Below are positions 50,401-63,867 of a stretch of DNA of 64,000 nt, piece after piece. Position numbers and translations under genes: made by a program. Below the pieces are notes generated by a model that did no database searches, was not told where the DNA came from, and saw nothing but the letters and a program-made list of their open reading frames with translations. The stretch's first letter is position 1. Each line of letters begins with the position of its first letter. This DNA comes from Botryllus schlosseri (taxonomy: Eukaryota), in the NCBI GenBank assembly GCA_051294905.1, contig CM119371.1, positions 12,340,001 to 12,404,000 of the forward strand. Reading direction: 5' to 3'.

Positions 50401-53400
50401 CAACCGTCCGGTAATCTAACTTTACATGCCAGACTGTAATGTTACAGTCACCTCTGGTATATTCAATCTACATTTTCTTATGTGTACATTTACCACCGAG
50501 ACTGTAATTTTACCGCCTTACCTACCTACCTACCTACAACCCTACATGCTGTCCTTGTAAATCAGATTACATGCCAGCTTGTAAATTCACGTCTCAGCCT
50601 ACATCCATACCTATCCCAAAGCAACGCGATGCCAAAATACCGCAAAAGTTTCCTCACGCTCTCAAGACGACATTAGGACAACTGTATATTCATTCATGAT
50701 TCACAATGAAAAAGTATTGCTGCTGGAGGTTGTTTAGGAGGCATGCAAATATAGCACGAGTGGTCCCAAGAAAAGGTGAATTAATTCCAACGCCGGATAA
50801 ACTTCCAATTGTTTCTTTTTCTCGTCTTCATTCCTTCTGTGTGACTAGTATCTTGCAGTTCCACTAAAAATATTTCATGCGTAAGTCGCTATACTAAGCC
50901 AAGTTGCTAACCTAGACATATGACTTATAAAAACTAAGACAAATAGGCTAACAAAAATATAACAAGTTTTGAAGTACCGGTACTGGTACATTGTGAGTTG
51001 ACGACTCCTCATTTGACATGATATAGCAGAGATTCATGACTTAAATGATCAATGTATTGAAAGAAAAGGTGCCTCATTTGATGCGGCATGTGAGCCAAAC
51101 ATCGAGCAGTGGATGAAAACATATCTAAGCTATGACCCGATAAATGTCAATAACAAGCTAACAGTTTCAACTACTCCGCGGCAGAGTATGTGGTGTCGCA
51201 GGTCATTATACAAGTCGACTAATATCCCAAAATAGAACTGAGAATGGGGCGACTGAAATATTTAAATCATGAAACCAAAGTCATCCGGGTGGTGTGCACA
51301 GTCGTAGATATTCACGGTAACTAATACTATATACAGTAGGCTACTGTACCTTTTACGATGCGTATCCCATTCATCAGTCCTGAGAATCTTCAACGAAAGT
51401 CGTTACTTCCTTTGCATGCCCAAAGCTCAATATTAATGGCCGACCAGTCGGCTACTCGGCTCGACCACTGAGCTATATAAACACTGGAGTGCGCTACTCG
51501 CGATATTTACGTTGTCACTAGAAACAGTTGCATTGTGGGGGATAGGCTGGACGATTTGGTGCAGGAGCTTATGGAAAAACGTCCAGTTCTAAAATATATT
51601 TGATTCGTATTGGGTTTGTAGTATTTTATACGAATGGAGCTTTGAATGAATAATCATCGTAACATTCAGGATTTGTTTCAGACCAATATCTCGTGTTTAT
51701 ATCTGTGTTATCTGTGTATTTCGACATGTCGAAGATATAAGTGGTTTCGACTGTTTGTGGTAAAATAAGGTTGTCTATGTGTCATTTTATGTATTTTTTG
51801 TGGTTATATTCCTGATGTAGATTGCTTTACTCGTTGTATCCAGCATATTTTACGTGTACAGAAATAACCAAGCTGTCAAAAGATGTATAATACCAGTTCA
51901 GTTATCTTTCAGATATATGAATCTATAGGAAGTAAAAGCATCTACGATTGTCAGCTTGAAGTTATTATCGGAGCGTGCCTCGGAATTACCTATCCTGGAT
52001 TCAAAATCTTCATACTTCAATGGAGCTGATGTGAATGCTATAACTGCCAGCTGTGAATATTGCTGATGGAGAAAATTCAGCATCATGGGACATATCAAAA
52101 GGCACTGCTGAAATCAACTGAATGCCATTGTGGTTATTCTACATATTTATTGGTTCAGCGTATTTAAATAAATCCAAAAAAGATAAAGTAAAGATATGTC
52201 TGCTATGTGTGGCGATGGGGTAGTGATTTCTGTAGAAGTGACTGAATGAGTTCATTGAATGAGAGAAACAAGAAACGCATGGGTCCTTATTCAGATGTAG
52301 CTAGAATTGCCCAATTCACAGTGAAATTGGGGCTATGTTGGTTGTAACAGCAATCTGTGCACTTTGGGAGTTCATAATAAATATTAATTTTATCGAATCA
52401 AAACGGCACAAGATACAATCTAAATGGCGTACATGTATTTTATCATAATTACACCGTATTTTATCATAATTACACCTATAGCTACCCATATACGTGTGTA
52501 CATGAAGCTTGGCTCGTTTTGCACTTTCATGAAACCAGAAATTAGTTTAGATTCAAAACCAACTGGAGATGTGAACATTCCAACTCAGTTTTTCTGCCCA
52601 CGATACTTGCCTACCCTACTAGATGAAGCACATGGCTTTAGATCAACCATTTCTGTGGTCACACGCAATAACGCGCTGTACTGTCTCCTACCAAAATGCT
52701 GAACTCTCGTTTTCAGAAACACCAGCTTCGGTTATGAGAAACGAATTTTTCTATTAAAACAAGCAGCATAGCATAGCATAGCGTCAGGTTCAGAAGATCC
52801 TCTAGCACAGCGGTTCACTGACAATGTGACCCCCCCTTTCACGGGGGTGCCAGTCTGGGTAAACAACGACACATTTCCTGAATCTTTAATGAAGCGGGAA
52901 CTTTGAGCGTGTCGTTGCCCTCGAGCTGGCGAAGATCATCAGCAAATTGAAAACAAGCAACCTGAAAGTTGACTGACCAACTGTGGCAGTTACTGATTTT
53001 TGATTTTTGAAGAGAATCAGCTTTGTTAACACTCTGCGGACGTTCTCGTCTGATGTCCTTTGATTGTATTCTACTCCTAGATGTTTGAATTTAATCTTGC
53101 AATAGGTCTTGGCGATGTCTTTTGTCAGAGTGATTATATGATCGTCACCAACTGAGGTGTCATAAATATGGTCTTCAAGTTCTGGGAAAGCTGGTGATTT
53201 ACAAGACATGTTCGACAGAATAGCAGTGGCAAAGGCGTTGATCAAGCCCTTGCAATGAGGTAACTTTCCAGAAGTAACATGAATCATTCGCTGGAAGCAT
53301 TTTTCAGCCTCCTCACATATTGCAATAACACCAGTAGATGGTTTAGTTAGGCCACCCCTGTTCTTGAATTGCAGGAAACTGCCACTGGTTGCCGAAGCCA

Positions 53401-56223
53401 CCATGAGCGACCCTTTACACGTTGGGCAAAGACATCGCTCAGCCACTGACTTGGCAACATAGCCAGCAATGTATGATATAGCTTGATTTTTGTACTCAGA
53501 CAAAGTTGTTATTTTAGGAACATCGGAGTAGTCATGCTCATCTTGCATAGGTCGTTTCGCTTCCAAGTCGTATCTTCTGATCAAGGTCGCAGAAGAAAGA
53601 GAGTCCACTTTCTTGAATCCTGAAATCATCCAAGAGGTCCAACATGGCGGTTGCGTCTCTTTCTTCGCAATTTCCTGATGATGCACGGATTCCCAACTTC
53701 ATCAATAACCTTTTATACGCAGCAGTAAATTGCAGACAAGTAGGATTATTGTTGAAGCCTCCTGCTTTACGGACAGCACAAAAAAATAGCTCAAGATGAT
53801 CTTGACTGAACTTGTACATCAGCAAGTACCTCACCATTTTTGTAGCCACTAGGCGATCAAAAAGGCTCTGCGTGCTCTTTATGCAAACCAGAAATCCAAG
53901 GAATCCTGTTTTCCTGCGAGATTCAACAATGGGTTTTCCCGAGGGGTCCTGTAATTTGGCAATATAATCCATCATTTCATACATGAATGGACGCCACAAG
54001 TGCTGGTTTGATTCCTTTAAAGGAGATTTATACCCTTTTGCAAACGGGTTTCTCGAATTGAGTATGTCGAAAAGGCGATCAAAACTGCGCAAAAACTTGA
54101 CGGTAGCAGCACTACCCCGAAAGCATCTCATTTTGAGGTTTTTATCACAATATTCGATTGCATCAGCAACACTGCTGCTGATTGTTTGAGCAGCCAAATT
54201 CACTTTCATCTTTTGCTGCTGCCATTCCACATGACACTTCTTCAGCTTATTGCCAAGTCTCAGGCCTTCTGATGCCTGGAGTTTTTGCAGTAAAATGATG
54301 AAATTCCAAGAAATTTGGTGCCTACTACCATCTTGCAAAGTACCCCATTCTGCTAGGCAGTTTCTGATTAGTTTGAGCATGTGACAAGGATCTAGAATTA
54401 CTTGGATTTGATGATCGGGTAAATATGGATTAGTAAAACTAGACACAATGTTCCTGGAGGATATATTTGCCCCTAATGCAGAAAGCATTGCGAAGTGACA
54501 TGAAGGTCCGTCACATGTCAATGAAGCAACAGTTGCACCCACTTCATTAAGCTTGCTTACGCAAATTCTGACCAAATTTGCTCGTTCCGATCCTGTTAAA
54601 CCATTAATGAAAAAGTATCCAAGCGGGATCTTCCAGGATGAATTGATACAAACAGCCATAAAAACTAATGCATCTTTAGCAAGAGGCAAAGAATCATCAT
54701 CCTCACAGTCAGTACCCATGTCTACATATCCTCGGTATCGTTTTCCATCCCAAAAAACCTGTTTGCGGATCGACATTTCATCCATCATTATGGAGCATAT
54801 TACAGGATTTGCTGATGCCTCTACTTTTCCTCTGATGGCAGAAAAGGCAATACTAGTAAAGCCAGGCTCAGCGGGAAGTTTTCCATACCAGCGTCTTATC
54901 ACACTTGGATGGGGAAGAGCAAGTTGAAAATTCTGACGCACAAAATTGTATGCCTTGGTAGAATAATACTGAAGCGTCATTGCAAATGATTGCAGTTCCT
55001 TAGAGTATTTGACTCCTCTTCCACCAGCTTGTAGCTTCATACGTTGCAAGAGCTCACTTGGTAGACCACTGGATTTTTGTGACATTACCTCCACACACGA
55101 ATCGCTTATCAAATTTTTCTTCTTAAGAGATGCAATGACCTCATCCAGAGATTTCACTTTTTTTGCAGACGGTATGTTTTCATTCTGGCTGCAACCAGCC
55201 TCTTTTTAATTTCTGCGACCCTACGGCGTTGCTGTTGAACGACTTTTCGAGGTGACGTGTGCGCACAGTAGCTGTGGTCGCGAAGAACTACTTCAGGTTC
55301 AGCGGTTTGTGCTTCATATTGCCGTTTCTTATCTGGAACTGCAGAAGGTCTCACTCGTCGGTTGTTTGAAGCCTGAAATTTGTGAATTTTATGTTAACTA
55401 GGGCTGAAATAAAGGTATAGTAATTGGAACTCAAACTTCATAAATATATAGTCACTGTTTAGTGTCTACCGTACCTTTGGCCTCATATATTTTGGAAAAT
55501 TCAGAAATCTTGTCGGCACCGCATTCGTCCTCAAACGAATTCTCCCGCCAACACGGTAAATATCACTTTCTGTAAAATGATCAGAGCAGATGACCGACGA
55601 TCTTGCTGGCTCCCAGTCTTTTCTTCTAATACATTCTATCCATCTTTCTTTCAGGGAATCATTGGTAGGAAAGCTGCGTTGTAGAGAACATTGTATCAGT
55701 TCACAAGTAATTCTATGATACGAAGCACACCGAATTGACCATTCTCTGTTATGAACGATGATAAAAGTAGCAGGAACATATGTGGAATTATCTTGTTTGA
55801 TTTAGATATATCTGTTACTTTCTACCCCAGAAGGATAAACTATTAGGTAACCTTTTAAATCTAAAGCCAAAGGTAAACCTAAAAAAACATCTTACGAGAC
55901 AAATCGAACGTCTCGCACGTACAAAGCTATAATGAACTCGGCCACGGAATTAGCAATTTGAACTTTAGTGTGAGCATCTGGCACCAGAAATATAGAATTA
56001 TTACTCAACTATGCTGGACAAAACCGTGTGGCCCTCAATTATACCTTTCCTTCTAGTCCTAACTCCAACCTTCACGACAATTTTATGCAAGGATTGAGTA
56101 CTAAGCAAGTTATTGGCTGAACTGCCCATACAGAATACAAACAGTGACCTGGCTGGTCATGCTATTACAGGTATACTGATGAACTGACATGGTGCTGAGA
56201 CTGCTGATATAGCCTGCTCTGAT

Positions 56224-58222
56224 CAGGGTTGTAATGACTCGAGTCATGACTCGAGTCACGATTTTTTTATGACTCGACTTGACTCGAGTCATTTTCTTGA
56301 AATGGGAAAATGACTCGACTCGAGTCAATATTTGGATTGACTCGACTTGTACTCGAGTCATTATGCATGACTCGACCCAAGTCATTGACTCGGCTTATTT
56401 TATATGACTTGAAGATGAAGAAATTTGTGAATCATAATGGCTAGATCAACGCATCCGACGAATTCTGCCGACATTGCTATTTGTCACCACTGCTTTCGTT
56501 GCACTTGTCTGATATCAGATATGACGCCGTAAAAACAACAGAAAATGATACATAGTAGCAATGCATTGTACAAAATCGTCCAGTGATGAAGAGGTAATAG
56601 ATCCTCCGCAATTAAAGTACTCAAGACTTTTCAATTATACAAGCAAACAATTGAATCAAAGTTCAATTAGAGCCAATGAAATGACTCAGATGGTGAAGAG
56701 ACTGATAAGCTCATGTGTAGATTTGAAGGCGATGATTCTTTGCATTTTTGGGCGACTAGAAAGAATGAGTATTCAATGCTCTTCAGTGTGGTTCAAAAAT
56801 GCTTGTCAATTCCTGCATCTAGTGCACTAGTGGAACGTGTATTCAGTAGATGTGGATTCATTCTACGGCCATGCCGCTTCAACATATTTGAGGATCTCCT
56901 TTCCACATTAGTATTTTTGAGGTGTAACTCATTGGTTTGATCTGCTGTCTGTGAAAACACACAATGCCCCTCGTCCATTTGACGATTTGTTAGGTATGTG
57001 CATTGTGCACGTGAGTAATAATGAATGGCTAATGTTGTGTGATGTTTGTACTATATGGCTGTTCTAAAATAACTTCTTTTTTTATTTTACTGGGTGGTTA
57101 TATGATAAAATTGTTATGTTGCATAAAAGGAACACTGAATCTGGCTTAATTTGAAAAAAAGTGGAATCAATGATCTGAGAGGAGAATATTTTGGATTTGA
57201 AAATAAATGGAGTATTTTAGTGAGAAATTCTTTCATATAATATAATTACATAGTAGTAAGCCGACTATTTTGTCATATCCAAAACATTCTACTCTAATAA
57301 CTTCACTTTTTCTAGTTGGAATTGAGTCAAATTTGCTATGAATCATATTTTTACACAATGTAACAATATCATGAGATAGCCGGTAAAATTCGAAAATCTC
57401 TATTTGTAATTAGTCTAAAATTTTCTTTCATAGCATTGCTTTCTACTGGTTGTAATTGAGCCAAATTTGATTTTCAGGCAATCTAGCAATTTTAAGAAGT
57501 AGCCGGAAAATTTGAAAAAAATGTTTTTGAACAGCTCCATTGTACAATTATTTCTCCAATGCTGTAACTGCGATGTAGTCGGTAATGCAATTGGGAAAAC
57601 CTTTGGTATAATCAAAAGGTATCTGTTCTGTTGTCACTGCACAATGCACATAGTTGCATGCACGCTTTTACAGCATACGGGCCTGTTGTAAAGACCTCTA
57701 CATAAACATGCATCTATTGATTCTCTATCAACTATAGTATCTTGACGTGAATTTGTTGGTTCTCTATCAGCTATTCGTGAGCTATCGTCGATGTGTTCAT
57801 AATAAAAACTGAATGCTTGTATTGGTGATGTATCAGACTGACAAGAGAGATATTTGATTTTAAGTTCTAAGATTAGTAAAGTTATCTTTAGCATCGGTAA
57901 ATGAGGCCAGGACCTGTCCGTTATCTGCCTAAATAAACACGTGCCAAGACTCTGATAGGGACAAAATGAGCATGTTTCGCAAACAGGCAATTCGATATCA
58001 CCCAAGCAGGATTGAAAACATGAGTTGAACATGACTTCAATACTGTGACTTGGATTCGACTCGAGTCATAACACCATGACTCGGACTTGACCCTTTAAAC
58101 GGTGACTTGGACTCGGACTCGAGTCTGTGATGAATTGAAAATGACTCGACTCGACTCGAGTCAAAACCACAAAAGTATGATTGACTCGTGACTCGGAACC
58201 ATGTGACTTGGTTACAACCCTG
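56224..58222 (+). mobile_element. Non-autonomous hAT element in transposase intron 1
   Basis: TIR cagggttgtaa; TSD gctctgat; GACTCGAGTC subterminal arrays. Confidence 0.92.
56713..56940 (+). pseudogene. hAT transposase C-terminal dimerisation domain remnant
   Basis: LHFW..EY..L....LSIPASSALVERVFS..G......R.......LVFLRCN. Confidence 0.85.
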
Positions 58223-61200
58223 GCTCTGATCATACCAACATCCATATACTTGTGACAAAATGTTCTGGTATAATGACACTTTAACATGGCCTAATCATTA
58301 ATGCTGTGGCTTATCTGGACATTGATTAACTGTGATGGTCAGGAAATATTGAAAATAGAAACTGATTCTTCAAAGATAGTCTTGCTGCCCTGCATATTCT
58401 GCCATTCACTCACCGGTGAAATGTTCTTGGATGCCGACGCTTTACCAAAGACTCTTCATCGCTACTACCATCGCTATTACTTCTCATATATGACTCCGTG
58501 GATATCTTTTTCTGCCTTTTACTGCACCCATAGGCGCAACAAACGCTACCACCAAAACGAGATGTCTTCGACATGTCGGAATACACAGATAACACAGATA
58601 TAAACACGAGATATTGGGCTGAAACAAATCCTGAATATTACGATGATTATTCATTCAAAGCTCCATTCGAATAAAATACTACAAACCCAATACGAATCAA
58701 ATATATTTTAAAACTGTACGTTTTTCCATAAGCGCCTGTACTGAGTCGTCCAGCCTATCCCCCACAATGCAACTGTAACATGGTGACAACGCAAATTTGC
58801 TTAGCCGGAGATGGCAGTAGTTCGGGGCTTGGGCTCGACACGCAGACGACTTTGAAATAAGTGATATTCATCCGCTCACATATGCCACCAATAATATTTA
58901 CTGTCCACGTTATAAGGTTCAATCCAGTTTGGTTTTTCATACAGAAACATCTATCAACACCTATAGTCCCTTTCTTTTGCATCGAATTTCGTATATATTG
59001 ATATTTATTGCTCCACGTGTGGTTCCCTACTTACTTACCTAACCGGACGCTATTTGTGATGTCACAGTTGATTGTTGGTTGTTTACTACGAATCTCAGAA
59101 AAACCTGCCACGCGCAACCTAAGGTAACCTATTATAGGTCGCCGTGTCCGCCATTAAGAAATGGTCAACTGAGCCTGCTGCTGTGCTGATATTTCTAGTT
59201 TTAGGAATAAGATTATATATCCTAAACTGATTTTTGTACCTCATTAGCCCTGTTACAACAAATCTAACCGCCGAGACCGACCGTGTAGCCATAGCCTTAT
59301 AATATAATGTATATGGTGTAACTATACATTGTCAGCTGCTTCTTGCACCCAACTATGCACTATACCGAAATTGGTACTACGGTCAACCAGTTCCGTGTGA
59401 CCTAATCCTGTCTCGCGAACGAGGTTGAATCAGGTCAAATCGCAACGAGAATGATATCACAGTGACATGCCCTTCCACGTATCCACTGGTTGCTGGGGCT
59501 TGGAAGCTAATCAATTTTGCCAATAGCTTGGTAAAATGCCGTAGCGATTAACTGTCAGTAACCTTGCGAAGAAATTCTGGTAACTTGACTTAGCAGCTAA
59601 ATTAATGTAATATTACATATCAAAATGTAAAATGACAAGCTACACGCTGCTATTGACTGCGACCGGTAATTCGTTGTAAAATTTACAGAAATTTCTTTGT
59701 AAATCTACCAGATTTTTTTGTGTGTAAGCTCCAATTGTAAGCGAATAGTGGGTGAGGCAGATTCTTCTGTGCCTCACCGGGCTCTTGTTTCCCTTCGCCG
59801 TCACTGTAAGTAAAAATGCCGAATTTCAAATTCCTTGGCGAATTTAATGGAGTTCTGGTTCTCTGACATTGTCAATATTAAGATTTTTCTGTGCTCACCT
59901 GTGCCTCACCTGTATCTCACCTCTCTTTTCGCGTTGTATTATTGAACTATAAATATGAAAATTGATGAAGATGGGTGAAAAAATGTTCGAATTTAGCAAT
60001 TCATGAACATCGACGAAAAATATCACTAATAATTGAATGTTTCAACAATTTTCTGTTACTCATCCTGACGACAGGCGAGGTACTGTCTCACTAGCATGCC
60101 CTAACCGCACGTCACTGAATAACCGTACGGTGGTAAAGAATCCGATGCCGAGTACCTATTTTATCACGACGATCAGACGACACCGCGACTTACATTGAAG
60201 CAGGGAAAAATTGCCTGAGTAACAAACAGTTATTTGAGCCTTTTCCACAAAATGACAGGACCACATAATTCATTGGTCGCGAGAATTTGAAGCACCTAAT
60301 TCAAGTTAAACCCAACAACTATTTGGGTTATAGATGACGACGTGCGAACTTAGACTCTAATCCGACATTTCTCTGTAGCTAGCGTTTACATTATGTACTT
60401 TAAATATTTAGATGACATCGAATCGCAACTATCTCTCGAGGTCAATGATCAGCCGACTGCAAACCGGTTGATGCAGAATGGCGCGAAAATACTGCGGGAT
60501 ATTGAAGCTGAGACGATAATGCTCCAAAAGATTCTGGACGATATTAACCAATAGCTGATACGTTTCCGTACATGTGGATTGTATACAGATGACAGAGATA
60601 AATTGTGATCTTTGATTATATATTTACGTGATATGTGAGGCTTTTACATCGAAAAAATTAAGTTATGCGGTACGCACTGTATATTCTGTCAGATACACCA
60701 CCATTAGGCTATGTCTACGACAATACCTCCGAGATTTTCTACAGTACCCACCAAAAATTATTCAAGTTGAAGAACATTCAAATTCAATGCCTTGCCTATA
60801 AATGATCCGTTTTATCGCCCAGAATGTGATGTATTAAGGATATTCAATACACGTGTGATGCGACTTTTAAAATTATGTAATGATTGCAGTTGTAGCCTAC
60901 ATATGCAAATTTCCACAATATAAATCGTTTGCTATGCACTGATGAATATTGTTGCTGCTGCAATAGGGTTTATGTGTAATGCCGGTTCCAATGTTTCGCG
61001 ACTTGTCAAACAACAACGTCCGTGAGTCGCATTCCTGTATTACGCAGTAGGTTGCATGACATGTGAATGTATCGCATATATTACCATCGGCCTTTTTGAA
61101 GCGCGAGGAGAAGTCACTACCGCATCAAAACGAGGCTTTTGTGCTGTTGCAGCCTTTTGCTATTAATCAAAAGTGCTTTCTGATAGTATTGAATATGTAA

Positions 61201-61546
61201 AGATCTGTATGAAGTTGCACTCATCCACAGACGACCGCTCCGTCAGACCTGGAAGTATATCAGGAATATGGCGAAGTTTAGCCATCTACTACTCTTGTTG
61301 TGGAGGCTCAATTCAACAAGATAATTCGAATTGTATGCAACCAAATTTTGAACCCAATTCTGCACTGGTTAAGGCTCTCAGAAAGTATCGTCGGAAATTA
61401 CCCATAACAGAATAAGTATTTGTCTCTACGATCCAGTATACGGGAAGACAATGTGCCTACATTACCTGATGACAAAAGCCTAATATATTGATTTAATTTG
61501 ACTGGACTGAGCTGGGCTGCTGTGTTTGGTGCTATAATGATTACAA

Positions 61547-63646
61547 CAGGGTTGTAACCAAGTCACATGGTTCCGAGTCACGAGTCAATCTGACTTTTGT
61601 GGTTTTGACTCGAGTCGAGTCGAGTCATTTTCAATTCATCACCGACTCGAGTCCGAGTCCAAGTCACCGTTTTAAGGGTCAAGTCCGAGTCATAGTGTTA
61701 TGACTCGAGTCGAGTCCAAGTCACAGTATTGAAGTCATGTTCAACTTATGTTTTCAATCCTGCTTGGGTGATATCGAATTCCTTGCTTGCCAAACATGCT
61801 TATTTTGTCCCTATCATAGTCTTGGCACAAGTTTATTTAGTTAGGCAGATAACAGACAGTTCGTGGCCTCATATACCGATGCTACAGATAATACGATAAC
61901 GCCAATACGATAACGTTACTAATCTTAAAACTTTAAATCAAATATCTGTCTTGTAAGTTTGATATATCACAATAAAAGCATTCAGTTTTTATTACGAGCA
62001 CATCGACGACCACTCATAAATAGCTTATAGAGAATTAACGAATTCACGTCTACATACTATCTGATAGAAGACCTACGAATTCACGTATAGCTAGATACAA
62101 GCTGGTAAAGAATCAACAGATAAACGCTTATGTAGAGGTACAGTTTTGCTTTCACATCATATCAGGTGGTTGACCAGAAAAAATGTCAACTTTCCTGCTC
62201 AGCTGCCGAAATAGTCGCCGGAGCGTTACTTTAGTGCTGATTTACTGTTGTCTTATTCTAATTTGCCCTACATTTACCAAAAAATTCTCAAAAATGAGGA
62301 CAGAATCTAAAAAAAGAGGCTACTTCTTAAAATTGTTAGATTATCTAAAAAGAACTTAAATTTGGCTTAATTCCAACCAGTAGAAAGCAATGCTAAGAAA
62401 AAATATTTTGGATTAATTACAAATAAAGACTTTCGAAATATACCGGCTACCTCATGATATTGTTAGATTGTGTAAAAATATGATTCATAGAAAATTTGGC
62501 TCAATTCCAACTAGAAGAAGCGGAGTTATTAGAGTGGAATATTTTGGATATGAAAAAATAGTCGACTTACTGCTAGTATGTAATTATATTATTTGAAATC
62601 ATTTCTCACTAAAAATACTCCATGTATTTTCAAATCCAAAATTTTCTCCTCTCATTTCATTGATTCCACTTTTTCAAATTAGGCCAGATTCGGTGTTCTT
62701 TTTATGCAACGTAGCAATTTTATCAAGTAGCCACCCAGTAGAATAAAAAAGAAGGTATTTTTGATCGACCCTATTGTACAAATATCACACAACATTAGCC
62801 ATTTATTATCATCACGTGCACAATGCACATACCTAACAAAACGTCAAACGGACGGAGGGTATTGTGTGTTTTCACAGACAGCAGATCAAATCAATGAGTT
62901 ACACTTGAAAAATACTAAAGTGAAAAGGAGATTCTCATATATGTTGAGGCGGCATGGCCTTAGAATAATCCACATCCACTGGATACACGTTCCTCTGGTG
63001 CATTAGATGCAGGAATTGAAAAGCAATTTTGAGCCACACTGAAGAGCATTAGATACTCATCCATTCTAGTCGGCCAAAAATGCAAAGAATCATCGCCATC
63101 ATATCTACACATGAGCTTATCAGTCTCTTCCAAGTAGGCTACTTGACCACCTGAGTCATTTCTTTGGCTCTAATTGGACTTTGCTTCGATTGTTTGCTTG
63201 TATAATTGAAATGTCTTGAGTACTTTGATGGCGGAGGATCTATTACCTCTTCATCACTGGATGATTTTGTACAATGCATTGCTCTTTGCTACTATGTATC
63301 ATTGTCTTTTGTTTTTACGGCGGTGCATATCTGATATCAGACGAGTGCAACGAAAGCAGTGGTGACAAATAGCGATGTCGACAGAATTCGTCACATGCGT
63401 TGATCTAACCATTGTGATTCGCAACTTTCTTCACCTTCAAGTCACATAAAATAAGCCGAGTCAATGACTTGAGTCGAGTCATGCGTAATGACTCGAGTAC
63501 AAGTCGAGTCAATCCAAATATTGACTCGAGTCGAGTCGAGTCATTTTCCCATTTCAAGAAAATGACTCGAGTCAAGTCGAGTCACAAAAAAATCGTGACT
63601 CGAGTCTGACTCGAGTCGAGTCATGACTCGAGTCATTACAACCCTG
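61547..63646 (-). mobile_element. Second (inverted) copy of the GACTCGAGTC hAT element
   Basis: TIR cagggttgtaa; TSD gattacaa both sides; dimerisation-domain remnant ~62890-63115. Confidence 0.92.
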
Positions 63647-63867
63647 GATTACAATAGATGAAAAATACTGAAATCTTCCTGATAGTAATACAAATTTCCA
63701 CCATTGATCACAATAACAACCTCTATCTAATATTACATTGCACTGAATTGGTTAAAACGGCACAGCACAGGAAAAAACGCGTCCTACCGACTTGAAAGTG
63801 TCAATACAATATTATGTTACAGATGTCAATACACATGACGGATACAGATTTTGTAAAATCTCTAAAG

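Larger units (their letters stand above)
52990..58574 (-). pseudogene. Spliced THAP-domain P-element transposase (exons 58574-58414, 55673-55475, 55372-52990), frameshifted
   Basis: THAP: CCAYGC..FHR|FP..W..WEP..ICSDHF..NAVP; DHSY; catalytic MDEMSI, TCDG, DPCHMLK, QKMKV, SQDHLELFF, YIAGY; frameshifts near 55160 and ~53600. Confidence 0.92.
51466..58831 (-). mobile_element. P-superfamily (THAP9-like) DNA transposon
   Basis: 8-bp TSD ggctcgac (51458-51465, 58832-58839), empty site in CMC copy 1 (~8060); subterminal inverted repeats 51505-51735/58565-58796. Confidence 0.9.
41627..59724 (-). mobile_element. CMC/EnSpm-type element copy 2, split by LINE and P-element insertions
   Basis: Segments 41627-41747, 50400-51465, 58832-59724 reconstruct the reverse complement of 7171-9894; 2-bp TSD ta/ta. 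Confidence 0.85.

Noticed and set aside
52886..55157. Domesticated host THAP9 gene
   Set aside because: Flanked by TSD and inverted repeats, empty site visible, frameshifted
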